From assembly GCA_964016885.1 (NCBI GenBank), contig OZ024749.1:53196001-53260000 (forward strand): 64,000 nucleotides of DNA, written 5' to 3'. Below are positions 12,677 through 25,910 of the stretch, one piece after another. This DNA comes from Eledone cirrhosa (taxonomy: Eukaryota). Under the pieces are notes generated by a model, which worked only from the letters and a program-made list of their open reading frames with translations, had not been told where the DNA came from and made no database searches. Each line of letters opens with the position of its first letter. Within the stretch, counting starts at the first letter, position 1. Position numbers and translations under genes: made by a program.

Positions 12677-14017
12677 TCGAAATATAATAAATGAATGTAA
12701 TAGATAAAATCCATGGGGCTGAAAATCAAAGACCGGAGGACGACCGCCATCCAGCATCTTCCACCTTTGCCGGTCGCCCTCAAGTGAGGGGGCTAAAGCT
12801 TATAGTGTGCTACTACCGGTCAAATAGAGGAAAACAGAAAGGGAGAGGGAGATAAGTAAAAAACGAAGACGGGTGAACTGCTTTACGTTGAGTACTCTCC
12901 ATATTATTACATTAAGATTGACCATACGGAATTGACCAACTCTATCCAGTGGTGAACCTCAAACCTGAATATATATGTGTGTGTTAGGTAATTCCGAAGA
13001 AAAAGCAAAGGAAAAAAGAGTGTTCTATGTATAAAACAGAGCTATTTAATTAGGAAATGAACAATACAATATATAACTACTCCATTACGAAAGGTATCAG
13101 GACCCTAGACGTATGTAAATATTGTCTAGAATCCTGAAACCTTTGGTAATGGAGTAGTTATATACTGTGATGTTCACTTTCTAATTATATAATTCCGTGT
13201 AACATAAATAAATAATTTAATATATCAGATTTTATCCCTGATTGAGCACTGTTTCCCCTTTCCCTTTTACCCACCTATGGATAATTTCTACGTAAGCACA
13301 CACACACATATATCTATCTATCTATCTATCTATCTATATTAGAAAGAGTCAGGACCCATCGACTGAGCTCTTGCCATTCGGGCCCCGATTTTCTCTTTAA
13401 TATAGTCAGTCAGACTCTACTATCCTAAGAATCGAGTACTACTCTGTTGAATAATGGTCTTAGAAGTGCAATATCAGTTTAACCCTGATTATATATATAT
13501 ATATATATATAAAACCAAGTGCTGCTTACTGAAAACTCAAAAGAAAATGAGATAAAAGAAAAAAAAAAAACTTCGAAATTAAATTAAAATCAAACTTTAA
13601 TAAAAGTGAAGAAATAATTAGTAAATAGTAGAATTACCTTTGTGTATGTTACCGGCCAGAATGTTTGGAGGGAAAGTCCAAAAAATATGATAAAGAAGAA
13701 ATTTACTAAAACAACGCAGGACCGTTATGTAGAATTTCGTTCGTAATGAAAACTTCCGTTTAAAAGGTCCGAGTTATAATTATTGATGACTTTTAATGTC
13801 TTTCTTGTTGTTGTTCTGACTGTTGTCTTTTGTAGTTGACACATTAGTTAAGTTTTTATATTTGCAGCGGTAGTAGGTGTTGGTGTTATTGTTTGGTGGT
13901 AATAAAGATATGTATGTATTTATGTATGTGTGTATATATGTGTATATTTCTGTGTGTGTGTGTATATATTTATGTATATATATATATGTATCCCAACAAA
14001 TTAAATATAACCTCTAC

Positions 14018-14058
<41 letters not shown>

Positions 14059-14161
14059 TCTAGAAGTTCTATTTAAATTGTTGGGATACAGCAAGCAAAT
14101 ATTTTTATAACTTATATAAAGCACTCAACAAATAATTGGAGTAAAAATACGATATTAACAT

Positions 14162-14201
<40 letters not shown>

Positions 14202-14639
14202 ATATGTGTATTTGTGTATATATATATTTCTGTGTGTGTATATTTATGTATATATATATATATATGTGTGTGTATGTGTATTTGTGTGTATATATATATA
14301 CATGTGTGTGTGTGTGTCTAGATGGTATTTAGTCGGCTGAGTGGATTTATAATAAGATCTTTGGTAAAACAGATTATATGCAATATATATGTATATGTGT
14401 ATATATATGTGTATATATATATATATATGTATATGTGTGTTTATGTTTGTGTTTGTGTCTCTCTCTCTCTCTATATATATATAGGAAGAAGGGAGTGAGA
14501 CACAACAACAGGTGTGAGTGGAGAAGAGTAATAAGGGGAGAGGGGCGGGGTAGAAAAAAGGTGTAATAATGTGGGGTGAGGTGGGGTGGAAGAGGTGACA
14601 AAATTAATAAAAATAATAATTAGAAAGAGATAGACAAAC

Positions 14640-15178
14640 AGAAGTGAGATGAGAGAAGTGAGGTAAAAGAGAGAGACAGAGAGAAGTGAGGTAAAAGAGA
14701 GAGAGACAGAGAGAAGTGAGGTAAGAGAGAGAGAAGTGAGGTAAGAGAGAGAGAAGTGGGGTGAGAGAGAGAGGAGAGATAGAGAGAAGAGAAGGGAGAG
14801 AGATAGTAAGGTGTGAGAGAGGTAGTAAGGTGTGAGAGAGGTAGTAAGGTGAGAGAGAGATAGTAAGTTGAGAGAGAGGTAGTAAGGTGAGAGAGAGATA
14901 GTAAGGTGAGAGAGAGAGGTAGTAAGGTGAGAGAGAGAGGTAGTAAGGTGTGAGAGAAAGAGAGGTAGTAAGGTGAGAGAAAGAGAGGTAGTAAGGTGAG
15001 AGAAAGAGAGGTAGTAAGGTGAGAGAAAGAGAGGTAGTAAGGTGAGAGAAAGAGAGGTAGTAAGGTGAGAGAGAGAGGTAGTAAGGTGAGAGAGAGAGGT
15101 AGTAAGGTGAGAGAGAGAGGTAGTAAGGTGAGAGAGAGAGGTAGTAAGGTGAGAGAGAGAGGTAGTAAGGTGAGAGAA
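14640..15178. repeat. GA-rich ~23-bp minisatellite (GAGAGGTAGTAAGGTGAGAGA)
   Basis: Direct inspection. Confidence 0.9.
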
Positions 15179-15869
15179 TGAAGTCAACCAAGGAAACCGA
15201 CGCGCTTTTGTCGGTGTTGCGAAAACATCTGGTTTCTGTTAATGTAATAGTAGTTGTAGTTGTAGTGGTAGTAGTGGTGGTAGTAGTAGTTGTAGTGGTG
15301 GTAGTAGTAGTTGTAGTGGTAGTACTAGTGGTGGTAATAGTGGTGGTAGTGGTAGTACTAGTGGTGGTAGTAGTGGTGGTAGTAGTAGTTGTAGTGGTGG
15401 TGGTAGTAGTAGTAATAGTAGTTGTAGTGGTGGTAGTTATAGTAATACTAGTAGTTGTGGTATTAACTATCCGACACTAGTATAAACTATATAACCACAA
15501 CTTCTCTTATGTCAGAAGAGAGCCTTTCTCTTCTTTTTCTTCGGTTTTCTCTCTTTTCTTTCTTTTCTTCTTTCATTTTCCTTCCTACTCAATATTTCGT
15601 CCATTTGTCGCCAACTACACTCTCCCTCTCTCTCTCTCTCTTTCATACACCCTCTGTCCCTCTCTCATACACCCTCTGTTCCCCTCTCTCCCTCTCACAT
15701 ACATACTCACTCTGTCTCTCACTCACTCACATACTCACTCTGTCTCTCACTCACTCTCTCACTCACTCTCTCTCTCGCACTCTCTCTCTCTCACTTAACC
15801 ATACATTTTTGTTTCATTTTTCTTTTTTTCCATTTAATTTCTTCTTTTCTGTCAATCAAGTTCCACACA

Positions 15870-15900
<31 letters not shown>

Positions 15901-15934
15901 TCTCTCCCTGTCACCAATCTTCCTTCCTTATGTG

Positions 15935-16170
15935 ATTCAATAAACTAAAGTACCAGCAACACACCGGTGTTAATTGCTGGCCTTGTGCCAAAAGTAGAAA
16001 CAATTATTATAAACGCTCTTAAAGCATAGAGTTACGGCCCTTTACGTTCTAAGTACAAATCCCGTCGAGGTTAACTTTGTCTTTCATCATTACGGGGGTC
16101 GATAAACTAAAGTACCAGCAATACACGGGTGTTAATTGCTGGCCTTGTGCCAATAGTATAAACAATTATA
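15935..16170 (+). mobile_element. SINE family A, two partial copies
   Basis: Matches the family core and the tail TTGCTGGCCTTGTGCCAA.AGTA.AAACAAT. Confidence 0.8.
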
Positions 16171-16510
16171 AGTGTGTTCCCCTCTACTACCACCATTGCT
16201 GGTGAGATACGAGTAATGTGGAAGAACTCACTCTCAGCTACAGATCCCAGCAGACAAAAACTGTTCTTTGACCAGTCTTTTTCCTTCTCTCTCCAAAATA
16301 CACCAATCTCTCCCCACCCCCACCCTCTCTCTCTCTCTCATATATATCTATATATATCTTTATATCTATATATGTGTGTATGTGTGTGTGTATATATGTG
16401 TGTGTATATATGTGTGTATATATATGTGTATATATATATGTGTATATATATATATATGTGTGTGTGTGTGTATATATATGTGTGTATACATATATATGTG
16501 TGTGTATATA

Positions 16511-16563
<53 letters not shown>

Positions 16564-16570
16564 ATATATG

Positions 16571-16645
<75 letters not shown>

Positions 16646-16763
16646 ATATATATGTGTGTGTATATACACCACACTTCCTTCAATAAACTATACTTTGACA
16701 CTCGACCCCCCCCAATACCCCCCTCTCTCTCTCTCTCTCTATACATTTTCTCTATCTCTTCTC

Positions 16764-19399
16764 TCTATATATAAAACGGTAGATGTCTGTCTGTGTGTGT
16801 GTATGATTTTTATGCATTTCCACATTTCTCTACCGATTTTGATGATTTTTTTCCAATGTGCTCCAAATTTACCAGGGCAGGTCAACGCGTAATTACTTTT
16901 GCCAAAAATTTCCTGCTTCTATGAAAAAAAAATCGATAAAACTAAATACATGCTGTAACCCCCTCTCTTACACGCTTAATTCCTCTCACTACCCTCAATC
17001 TCCTCCGCAACTCTCTTTAAAAGGTTACTGCCCCCGTCTCTGAAGGAACGCGACACAAACTTTGATAAACCTCTCTCTTACACGCTTCATTCCTCTCACT
17101 ACCCTCAATCTCCTCTGCAACTCTCTTTAAAAGGTTACTGCCTCCGTCTCTGAAGGAACGCGACACAAACTTTGATAAACCTCTCTCTTACACGCTTCAT
17201 TCCTCTCACTACCCTCAATCTCCTCTGCAACTCTCTTTAAAAGGTTACTGCCTCCGTCTCCATTACAGTTTAGAACAACTACAAATCTTCTCTCTCTATA
17301 ATAGATCATTCACCCTCTTCGTTCGTCATACATCAAATATCAAAATTTAAAAAGCCGATAACACTAAATACATACTGCTCTCTCAACGTTACATTTTACA
17401 TCAAATAACAAATATTCAAAAGCAACAGATGAATTTATAAAACAACAGACGTAACAATAACGACGCTTGATGGTGAGGACGAAGAACACCGTTACAGTCG
17501 ACGACGAAGAGATGCCGCCTCAACTGCTGCGTCACGTGCTGCCGAGGACGAAGGGCAGCGTTCCAGACGTCAACGTACGGACGCCGTTTCAACAGCTTCC
17601 GTTCGCGCATTAGAGACTGCGCAAATTCAATTACAAAGGCTAAACGCCAACGCACTCCGCAGGAGTGCTAAACGAGGTACACAGAGGATCAGTTGCACTC
17701 AGGGGTCTTATAAGGCTTTCCACTATGACCCAACAGTAAACTATGCACTGATACCAGAAGTTCAGATTGGATCCATGTCTGTCATTTGCCAATATTGTCG
17801 GGCAAAAAAAATGGCCTGGGGAGACTTCAGGGATGTGCTGCTCTGACAGCAAAGTGAGACTGCCTCCTCTACAGGAACCACCACAACCTTTGAAGTCTCT
17901 ACTGACCGGTGCCACAGCGGAGTCGGAACACTTCCTTCGATGTTCCAGGAGATACAACGCTGCCTTCCAAATGACCTCTTTCGGAGTTAACATCATACGC
18001 GAGGACGGCTTCATGCCTACCTTTAAAGTTCAAAGACAAATTTACCACAGAATCGGTTCGCTACTGCCCACGACAGACGGACAGCCCCAGTTCCTACAGC
18101 TATACTTTGTTACTATTTGGACCAAGCGGAACGACGCGCTTCAATTTCGCCTGGCACAGACATGAAAATTCTGTTGCAACTCCAGAGAATGCTGCACGAA
18201 AACAACAAATACATTCGCAGTTTTAAATTCCGCATTGGAGGCTGCTCCGTTGCCAAATTTTGCTGTTATAATCGACGCTGACAAGAAACCACCAGGCACC
18301 CACGCCAGACGTTTTAACACTCCCACGCCAGACGTTTTAACACTCCTACGTGCAATGAAATAGCTGTGCTTCTTCATGGAGAACAGTACAACAAGCGGGA
18401 CATCATACCTCAGTGTAGGGACAATAGTCTGCAACGGATCAGCGAGACGCATAGGTCCTACGATGCATTCCAATATCCCCTACTTTTCCCATTCGGTGAC
18501 GACGGATACCACTTTGGAATTCCTTTGTGCAACAGCAACAAAACTGTTTCCTCTATGCAATTCTACACCTACCGATTCATGGTCCGCGAATGCTGCTTTA
18601 ACCACCTCCACTGTGCAAGAGTACTCTACAACCAGCTTTCTGTAGACGCGTGCGCAAAGATGGAATCTGAAAGGCTGTGCTACATAAGGAACAATCTAGC
18701 ACGCCTTCGTTCGGACAGCTACATTCACTTACGGGGTGGAGTAAGGAATGACGTCGATCTAGAGAACCTAGGAAAACATTGTATCCTTCCGTCGACCTTC
18801 ATTGGGAGTCCTCGATACATGAGTGAATGCACACAGGATGCTATGACGTACGTGCGTCTCTACGGCAGACCGGATCTCTTCATCACTTCAACATGCAACC
18901 CTAAGTGGAATGAAATTACCGCGGAATTATTCCCCGGACAAAGGGCGTCAGACAGACACGATCTTACGGCACGAGTCTTTCACTTGAAGTTGATAAATCT
19001 TATTGAACTCCTAAAATCAGGTAAGGCTTTGGACCTGTTAGGTGCTACGTATACACCGTTGAGTGGCAAAAGAGAGACCTGCCACACGCTCACCTTCTCA
19101 TTTGGCTGATAACGAAAATCAACGCAAGCAGCATTGACAGCATCATTTCAGCAGAAATACCCGACCCAAAATTGGACAGAGAACTCCACAACATCGTCAC
19201 TGCTCACATGGTTCATGGGCCATGCGGAAACGGTTTCAACATGAATTCTCCATGCATTAAAGAAAGAAGGTGCACCAAGAGGTATCCTAGGTCATTCCTC
19301 CGCGAAACTCAGACAGGTGGCGACGGTTATCCATTATACCGCCGCAGGGAGACAGCGGACGGAGGAATTGTTGCGAAAACACCACATCACAACGTCGAC
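16764..19399 (+). mobile_element. Helitron, 5' end plus Rep region, 3'-truncated
   Basis: 5' TCTATATATAAAACGG start, 110-bp subterminal tandem repeat at 16961-17260, and frameshifted RepHel N-terminal coding sequence downstream. Confidence 0.92.
17470..19399 (+). pseudogene. Helitron RepHel N-terminal / HUH replication initiator pseudogene
   Basis: CQYCRAKKWPGETSGMCC zinc finger, YNAAFQMTSFG, FKVQRQIYHRIGSLLP, SYDAFQYPLLFPFGDDGYH, LPSTFIGSPRYM, GRPDLFITSTCNPKW (motif 1), VEWQKRDLPHAHLLIWL (HUH motif, shifted frame), MVHGPCG and GYPLYRRR. Several frameshifts. No YxxxY motif or Pif1 helicase present. Confidence 0.93.
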
Positions 19400-19480
19400 A
19401 AGATTCAGTCATGGTAAGATTCAGACTACCATGACTGAATCTTAACCATCTACTATGTCAGGGTATGTCAAGCATCATCT

Positions 19481-19547
19481 TATTTTATCTGATGAGGACG
19501 TACTGTTGAAGTTAACTCAGTGCCTCTGAAATATATATAATAAAATA
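19481..19547 (+). ncRNA. Type I hammerhead ribozyme motif (Penelope-like pLTR type)
   Basis: UAUUUUAU CUGAUGA [stem II, GUACUG..CAGUGC] GAAA UAUAUA UA/AUAAAAUA. 8-bp stem I and palindromic stem III. Confidence 0.75.
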
Positions 19548-19676
19548 TACTTAATCACAAGAATATCTATGTTGTTAATATTTTGAATTAATATTAATAA
19601 CTCCGGAAAACTATATATTTGTTGAGTGCTTCCAATCTATTGTAAACCCCATTCTTTGATTTATTCATTGAACCTT

Positions 19677-19745
<69 letters not shown>

Positions 19746-19859
19746 TTCCTTCAATAAACTATACTTTGACACCCCCCCCCCCACCACCAAAATACTCGAA
19801 TTGTTTCTCTCTTTACCACGAGATTCTATCACCGATTTCTCTTCCCTCCTCTCGTTCTC

Positions 19860-20170
19860 CCCCTCTCTTCATCATGGCTCATACCCTCTCCCCCTCTCTT
19901 CATGGCTCAGACCCTCTCCCTCTCTCTTCATGGCTCATACCCTTTCCCCCTCTCTTCATGGCTCATACCCTCTCCCCCTCTCTTCATGGCTCATACCCTC
20001 TCCCCCTCTCTTCATGGCTCATACCCTTTCCCCCTCTCTTCATGGCTCATACCCTCTCCCCCTCTCTTCATGGCTCATACCCTCTCCCCCTCTCTATCCA
20101 TGACTCCCCCCTCTCTTCAAGGCTCCTACCCTCCCCCCTCTCTTCATGACTCCGACCCTCCCCCTCTCTC
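19860..20170. repeat. 28-bp CT-rich minisatellite
   Basis: Unit TCTTCATGGCTCATACCCTCTCCCCCTC, about 8-10 copies. Confidence 0.9.
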
Positions 20171-20464
20171 TATTCTCTGTATCCGGTTCACTTTCTTTTG
20201 TTTTTAACTAACACTTTAAAACATTTATTTCAACAAAACATAAACAGAAATGAATGTACACTAATTTCAGAAATGTCATCCATACCCCCCCCCCCTCTCT
20301 CTCTCTCTCTCTCACATACACACATATTTGGGGACTATTGACGGAGTAGCGTTTATTCATTTATTATGGTCATAGTTGAGTCATGTTACTCTGGAGTCTT
20401 ATCTGACAAGATGATCTTGTGAGAGCACATGTGAAAACAAATGCAGAGTCACAAGACGTGTGTA

Positions 20465-20870
20465 TGTGGTGGTGTTGGTGTTGGTGGTGGTGTTGTTGTT
20501 GGTTTGGTGGTGTTGTTGTTGGTGGTGGTGTTGGTGGTGGTGTTGGTGGTGTTGGTGGTGGTGTTGGTGGTGTTGTTGTTGGTTTGGTGGTGGTGTTGTT
20601 GTTGGTTTGGTGGTGGTGGTGTTGTTGGTTTGGTGGTGGTGTTGGTGTTGGTGGTGGTGATGGTGGTGGTGGTGTTGGTGGTGGTGTTGTTGGTGTTGGT
20701 GGTGGTGTTGGTGTTGTTGGTGTGGTGGTGGTGGTGGTGTTGGTGGTGGTGTTGGTGGTGTTGTTGTTGGTGTGGTGGTGTTGGTGGTGTTGTTGTTGGT
20801 TTGGTGGTGTTGTTGTTGGTTTGGTGGTGGTGTTGGTGGTGGTGGTGTTGTTGTTGGTGGTGGTGGTGGT
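20465..20870. repeat. (GGT/GTT)n tract
   Basis: Direct inspection. Confidence 0.9.
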
Positions 20871-20984
20871 ACACCCTTTTAAGGAGAGAAAATTCACCAA
20901 CCACCCAATTGTTCTATATTTAGACGAAAGTCTTTGTTTATCACACAATTGCAATAGCGAGATAAGTTTTAGAAATATTTGATA

Positions 20985-21122
20985 GAATCCTTTGACACTC
21001 TAAGACTTAGCCTTACTATTGATAAGAACCTCTCTAGCACCAATTTCCTTGACGTAAACTTAAGACTTGGTCACACAGTCTTATAAACCCTATTATAAAC
21101 CCAACGTAAAACTTAGATATAT
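20985..21122 (+). mobile_element. Penelope-like element RT fragment
   Basis: Encodes LSLTIDKNLSSTNFLDVNL..SYKPYYKPNVKLRY, matching the PLE FLD..L..Y.KP motif. Confidence 0.7.
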
Positions 21123-21179
21123 TGATAGAGGTTTCTGCCCAACCCCCGGTAGTTTTGACAAATCTAGTCCCTAAGCCAC

Positions 21180-21540
21180 TTAACATTGTAATGGGGTGCA
21201 GCTCTGCCGAAGATCTGTTTATCGAACGATAAACTAGAGATTTTTATTCTAATCCCGGTAGTAGGTGGCTGGAGTTCCTATATATATGTGTATACCGTTT
21301 CCTCATTAGGTTTCCTATAGGTGTTGTGTTTATGGTGCTGCGTTCGTTTCCTGGGGGTATCAAGGATGGCTAAACCGACGAGTTCAGCATCCTCAGCTCC
21401 GTTGTAGGATCCCATAGATGTGTCGAACAGTGGAAATCCCCTTTCTGTTTTACCCAATGTGGGGTTGTTATGGAACAGCAGTCATATCCTGGTCTCTAGT
21501 CCTAATGAATTGTTTCCTGAAACCTAGGGCTTTGATTTGG
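21180..21540 (-). mobile_element. Penelope-like element RT fragment, degraded
   Basis: Encodes LLFHNN..WVKQKG..LFDTSMGSYNGAEDAELVGLAILD, then TYRKPNEETVY..RNSSH..ISSLSFDKQIFGRAAPHYN. Confidence 0.75.
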
Positions 21541-21844
21541 GACTGGCTTTGATATGAAAGGATAAAAGTCCACCATGTCGAACTGGGTGAGTCTGCAGGC
21601 TACTTTATTCTTGATACTTCAAAGCCAGCTTCTGACGGCAAAGCTAGAGCTTCATTGAACTAGAACAGTTATGCTTCTCATTTAGGCGTTGATGTCATTG
21701 AGTATTAGTTTAATAATTCTGCTTATTTCCCAATTAGAAAGCATTAATTAGCCTGCACTTAGAATAGAATAAAATATATTAGCTTGATATTAACATTTTT
21801 AGAATATTTATTTATCTTTAGAGAAAAATGAAGGACACAGAGCT

Positions 21845-22140
21845 TAGACAGACATTCTCCCTCTATGTACACAGCCAATGATAAAAGCCCAGGCAGACAC
21901 CATCTTCCCCTATATACACAGTAATAAGAGGCCTAGATAGACATTCTCCCCTATATACACAGTAATAAGAGGCCTAGATAGACATTCTCCCCTATATACA
22001 CAGTAATAAGAGGCCTAGCTAGACATTCTCCCCTATATACACAGTAATAAGAGGCCTAGCTAGACATTCTCCCCTATATACACAGCCAGTAATAAGAGGC
22101 CTAGGCAGACACTCTCTTCCCCTATGTACTTAGCCAATGA
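21845..22140. repeat. 41-bp minisatellite
   Basis: Unit AGACATTCTCCCCTATATACACAGTAATAAGAGGCCTAG(A/C)T, about 6 copies including degenerate ends. Confidence 0.9.
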
Positions 22141-22605
22141 TAAACATTGACAAATAAAAGCAACAATATAGTATGTAATGATGTGTTAATTACTAATCTA
22201 ACACATCACCTTTGTTTTCATCAGATAACATCTCATTTGTTATAGAAATGATTCAATGTCCTGATAATCAATAAACATTATCGTGCTGCTAAAGTATTGT
22301 GAAAGGGCAGATATGTGGCACACACACACAGACACACACACAGACACACACACACATACAGACAGAGACACAGGCTCACACAGACAGACAGATACGTACA
22401 CACACAGTGTTTTAATTGTATACAGGGTCTCCATGGTTCGGTGGGAGGGGGGAGGGGCGTTCCATGGTATGGTGGTGCATCTCGTTGAGGACTACGTTAA
22501 AGGTGTACCTGTCTATGGAATACTCAGCCACTTGTGTGTTAACTCCACGAACTGGCTGTTCCATTGGTTGTTCCGAACACTCGACATTGGAACTGATGGA
22601 AGTAC

Positions 22606-23566
22606 AGCAACAGCACCACCGCCACCACCACCACCACCACCAACACCACCACCACCAACACCACCACCACCACCACCACCACCACCACCACCAACAACAC
22701 CAACGACAACAATAGCAACACCACCACCACCACCAACGACAACAACATCACCAACAACACCACCACCACCGCCACCACCAACACCACCAACACCACCGCC
22801 ACCACCAACACCACCACCACCAACGACAACAACAACACCACCACCAACAACAATACCAACAGCAACAACACCACCACCAACAACAGCAACACCACCAACA
22901 ACACCAACACCACCACCAACAACAACACCAAGACCACCACCACCAACAACAACACCACCACCAACACCAACACCTCCACCACCACCACCAACACCACCAA
23001 CACCTCCACCACCACCACCAACACCACCAACACCTCCACCACCACCACCAACACCACCAACACCTCCATCACCAACACCACCACCAACACCACCACCACC
23101 ACCACCACCACCACCAACACCACCACCAACACCACCACCACCAACACCACCACCACCAACACCACCACCACCACTACCACCACCACCACCACCACCACCT
23201 CCACCACCACCACCACCACCACCACCACCAACACCACCAACACCACCACCAACACCACCACCAACACCACCACCAACACCACCACCAACACCACCACCAA
23301 CACCACCACCAACACCACCACCAACACCACCACCACCACCACCACCAACACCACCACCAACACCACCACCACCAACACCACCACCACCACCACCACCAAC
23401 ACCACCACCACCACCACCACCTCCACCACCAACACCAGCACCACCACCACCACCACCACCAACACCACCAACACCATCTCCACCACCATCACCAACACCA
23501 CCACCACCAACACCATCTCCACCACCACCACCAACACCACCACCACCACCAACACCACCACCACCA
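22606..23566. repeat. ~960-bp (ACC/AAC)n trinucleotide tract
   Basis: Direct inspection. Phase is kept throughout. Confidence 0.95.
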
Positions 23567-23636
23567 AAGATATTGACGCCAAATTTGGTTTCTATCTCTT
23601 GGAAGTAAATATATTATTTAATCTGTCAATTGTTTA

Positions 23637-23705
<69 letters not shown>

Positions 23706-25273
23706 CCTTCTCTCTTTCCTCTCTTCTCTCTTTCCTCTCTTACTTCTTTCTCTCTTTCCTCTCTTTCTTCTTTCTCTCTTTCTCTTCTCTCTTTCTCTGC
23801 TCTCTCTCTCTTTCCATTTCTCGTTTTTCTCTTTCTCTTTTTTCTCTCTTTTTCTCTCTCTTTTTTCTCTCTTTCTCTCTCTCTCTTTTTTCTCTCTTCT
23901 CTCTCATTCTCTTCTCTCCCCTCTCTTTCTCTCCTATCTCTATTTCTTCTTCTTCTTCTTCTTCTTCTTCTTCTTCACCACAATCACACTGTTTCTATAT
24001 TTCTTCCATTCCCTCTACATTCTTCTCTATCCTCTAGCACTCTTACAATATATGTCTCTCTCTCTCTGTTTCCTTGCTTCTTCTCCTACCTCCTCTCCAG
24101 AGAGAGATAGAGAGAGAGAGAGAGAGAGCTTTACTACCAATAATGGTGTGTTCTGTTTTAACAGTTTCCCTCACACAAGAGAGGACAGTACCTATTATTT
24201 AACAATATTTGTCAACCAATCAGACTCAATACAAATACAGACATCCTAGAGAATCTAACTGGAGTTTATGTTTGTCGTCTGACAGGAGACTTTTGAATGC
24301 AAACAAAATTAACAGAACAACATAGAAAATGTAAAGGAGCCTCTCTAGATATCTAAATTGTTGATTGACTTGCTATAAACAACAGTGAAATCTCTCACAA
24401 ATCATACCATATTAGCAGAAGATTCCATTGGATAATGGAATCCAGGGTTATCTCTTGTCAATGTTCTAGCAGAATCTAGAGCTGAATCACACCACTGAAT
24501 CCAGAACAGATTTGTTAGAAAGTCAATTCCAACTGAGATCAACTTTGCCTTTCATCGTATCGAATATGATGTTAAGGTAGTTTATAAGAACTGGAGTGTT
24601 GATTCTTCCTCTATATCTCTTTCTCAGACAGAGAGAGAAAAAGAGAGAATGAGAGAGAATGATAGAGAAGAAGTGAAAGAAAGATATAGAGGAAGAATCT
24701 ATCCACCCCCAGATTTAGACAGGTACTTTTTTATTGACCTCAGAAAGGAGGGAAACCTAAAGTTGATCTCAACAGGTTTTGAACTCAGAAACAATAAAGA
24801 ACCAGAACTAATACCACAAAGTATTCTATCTGACATTCTAACAACTCTGACAATCCACCGCCTCAACTTATATAAACTACCTTAACATCACATGATATTT
24901 TCAAAGGTTTCTGCTATTTCAATGATTCATAAAGTCTATATTTGTTCAGCTTTACCGAAATTCTAGGAGAAGAGTGAAAGAAAGAGGATAGACAGATAGA
25001 TAGATAGACAAATAGATAGACAGGCAGGCAGATAGATACACAGGCAGATATATAAATAGATAGATATATAAATATATGTAGATATAAAAAGTGATATAGT
25101 TAAGTGAATAATGTATTAATTTGTTTATAGTCGTTGTGAGTTGTAGACGTGAGGTTTCTGGGTTCTGGGATGGAAAGTAAATTGGGCTCTGTTATGTTTA
25201 TTTAAAAAGGCAGAAAGCAATGCATCATAAGTTAAAGTGATGACCATTAACCTAATTCCTAGCTTCCAGTGTA

Positions 25274-25328
<55 letters not shown>

Positions 25329-25729
25329 TCTAAACCCATGCTAGCGTGGAAGATATACGTTAAATGATGATGATATATATATATCAGATCATTAAGTATG
25401 AAATGTCTGATTTCAAATTGAAAGTGCATAAAAAAATCGGACATTTCATATTTAAAGACCTAATATATATGTTATATTATATATATATCTCCAAAATTAA
25501 GTTAAATTAAGGGTGTCGTGTCAGATAGACATGCGCCATATCACCCGTAAAATATGCGCCAAGATTCCAATGAATAGATCCGAGCATTTTATATCAACTA
25601 GAAATTGATTGACATATAAATATATTTAAAATAAACATATGACACAATCACAGGTAACTAAATAAAGTTTAACTAGAACTTCAAAAATAGATACCCTATA
25701 AATTGATTAATATATTATATATATGCAGT

Positions 25730-25910
25730 GGATTGGCAGTATCGGTAGAGGGTCGGACGCCATGCTTTCCAGCATAGTTACGTCCCTTTACAGTCTGAGT
25801 TCAAATCCCGCCGAGGTTAACTTTGCCTTTCATCCTTACGGGGTCGATAAAATAAAGTACCAGTAATGTACTGAATAATTGCTGGCTTTGTGACAAAAGT
25901 AGAAACAAAT
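25730..25910 (+). mobile_element. SINE family A, near full length
   Basis: A-box-like TGGCAGTATCGG, B-box GAGTTCAAATCC, family core and tail. Confidence 0.88.

Noticed and set aside
23945-24050. ~100-bp sequence similar to 44643-44730
   Set aside because: Diverged dispersed repeat fragment with no diagnostic features.
25730-25815. tRNA genes at SINE heads
   Set aside because: A and B boxes are present but no cloverleaf. They continue into SINE body sequence.
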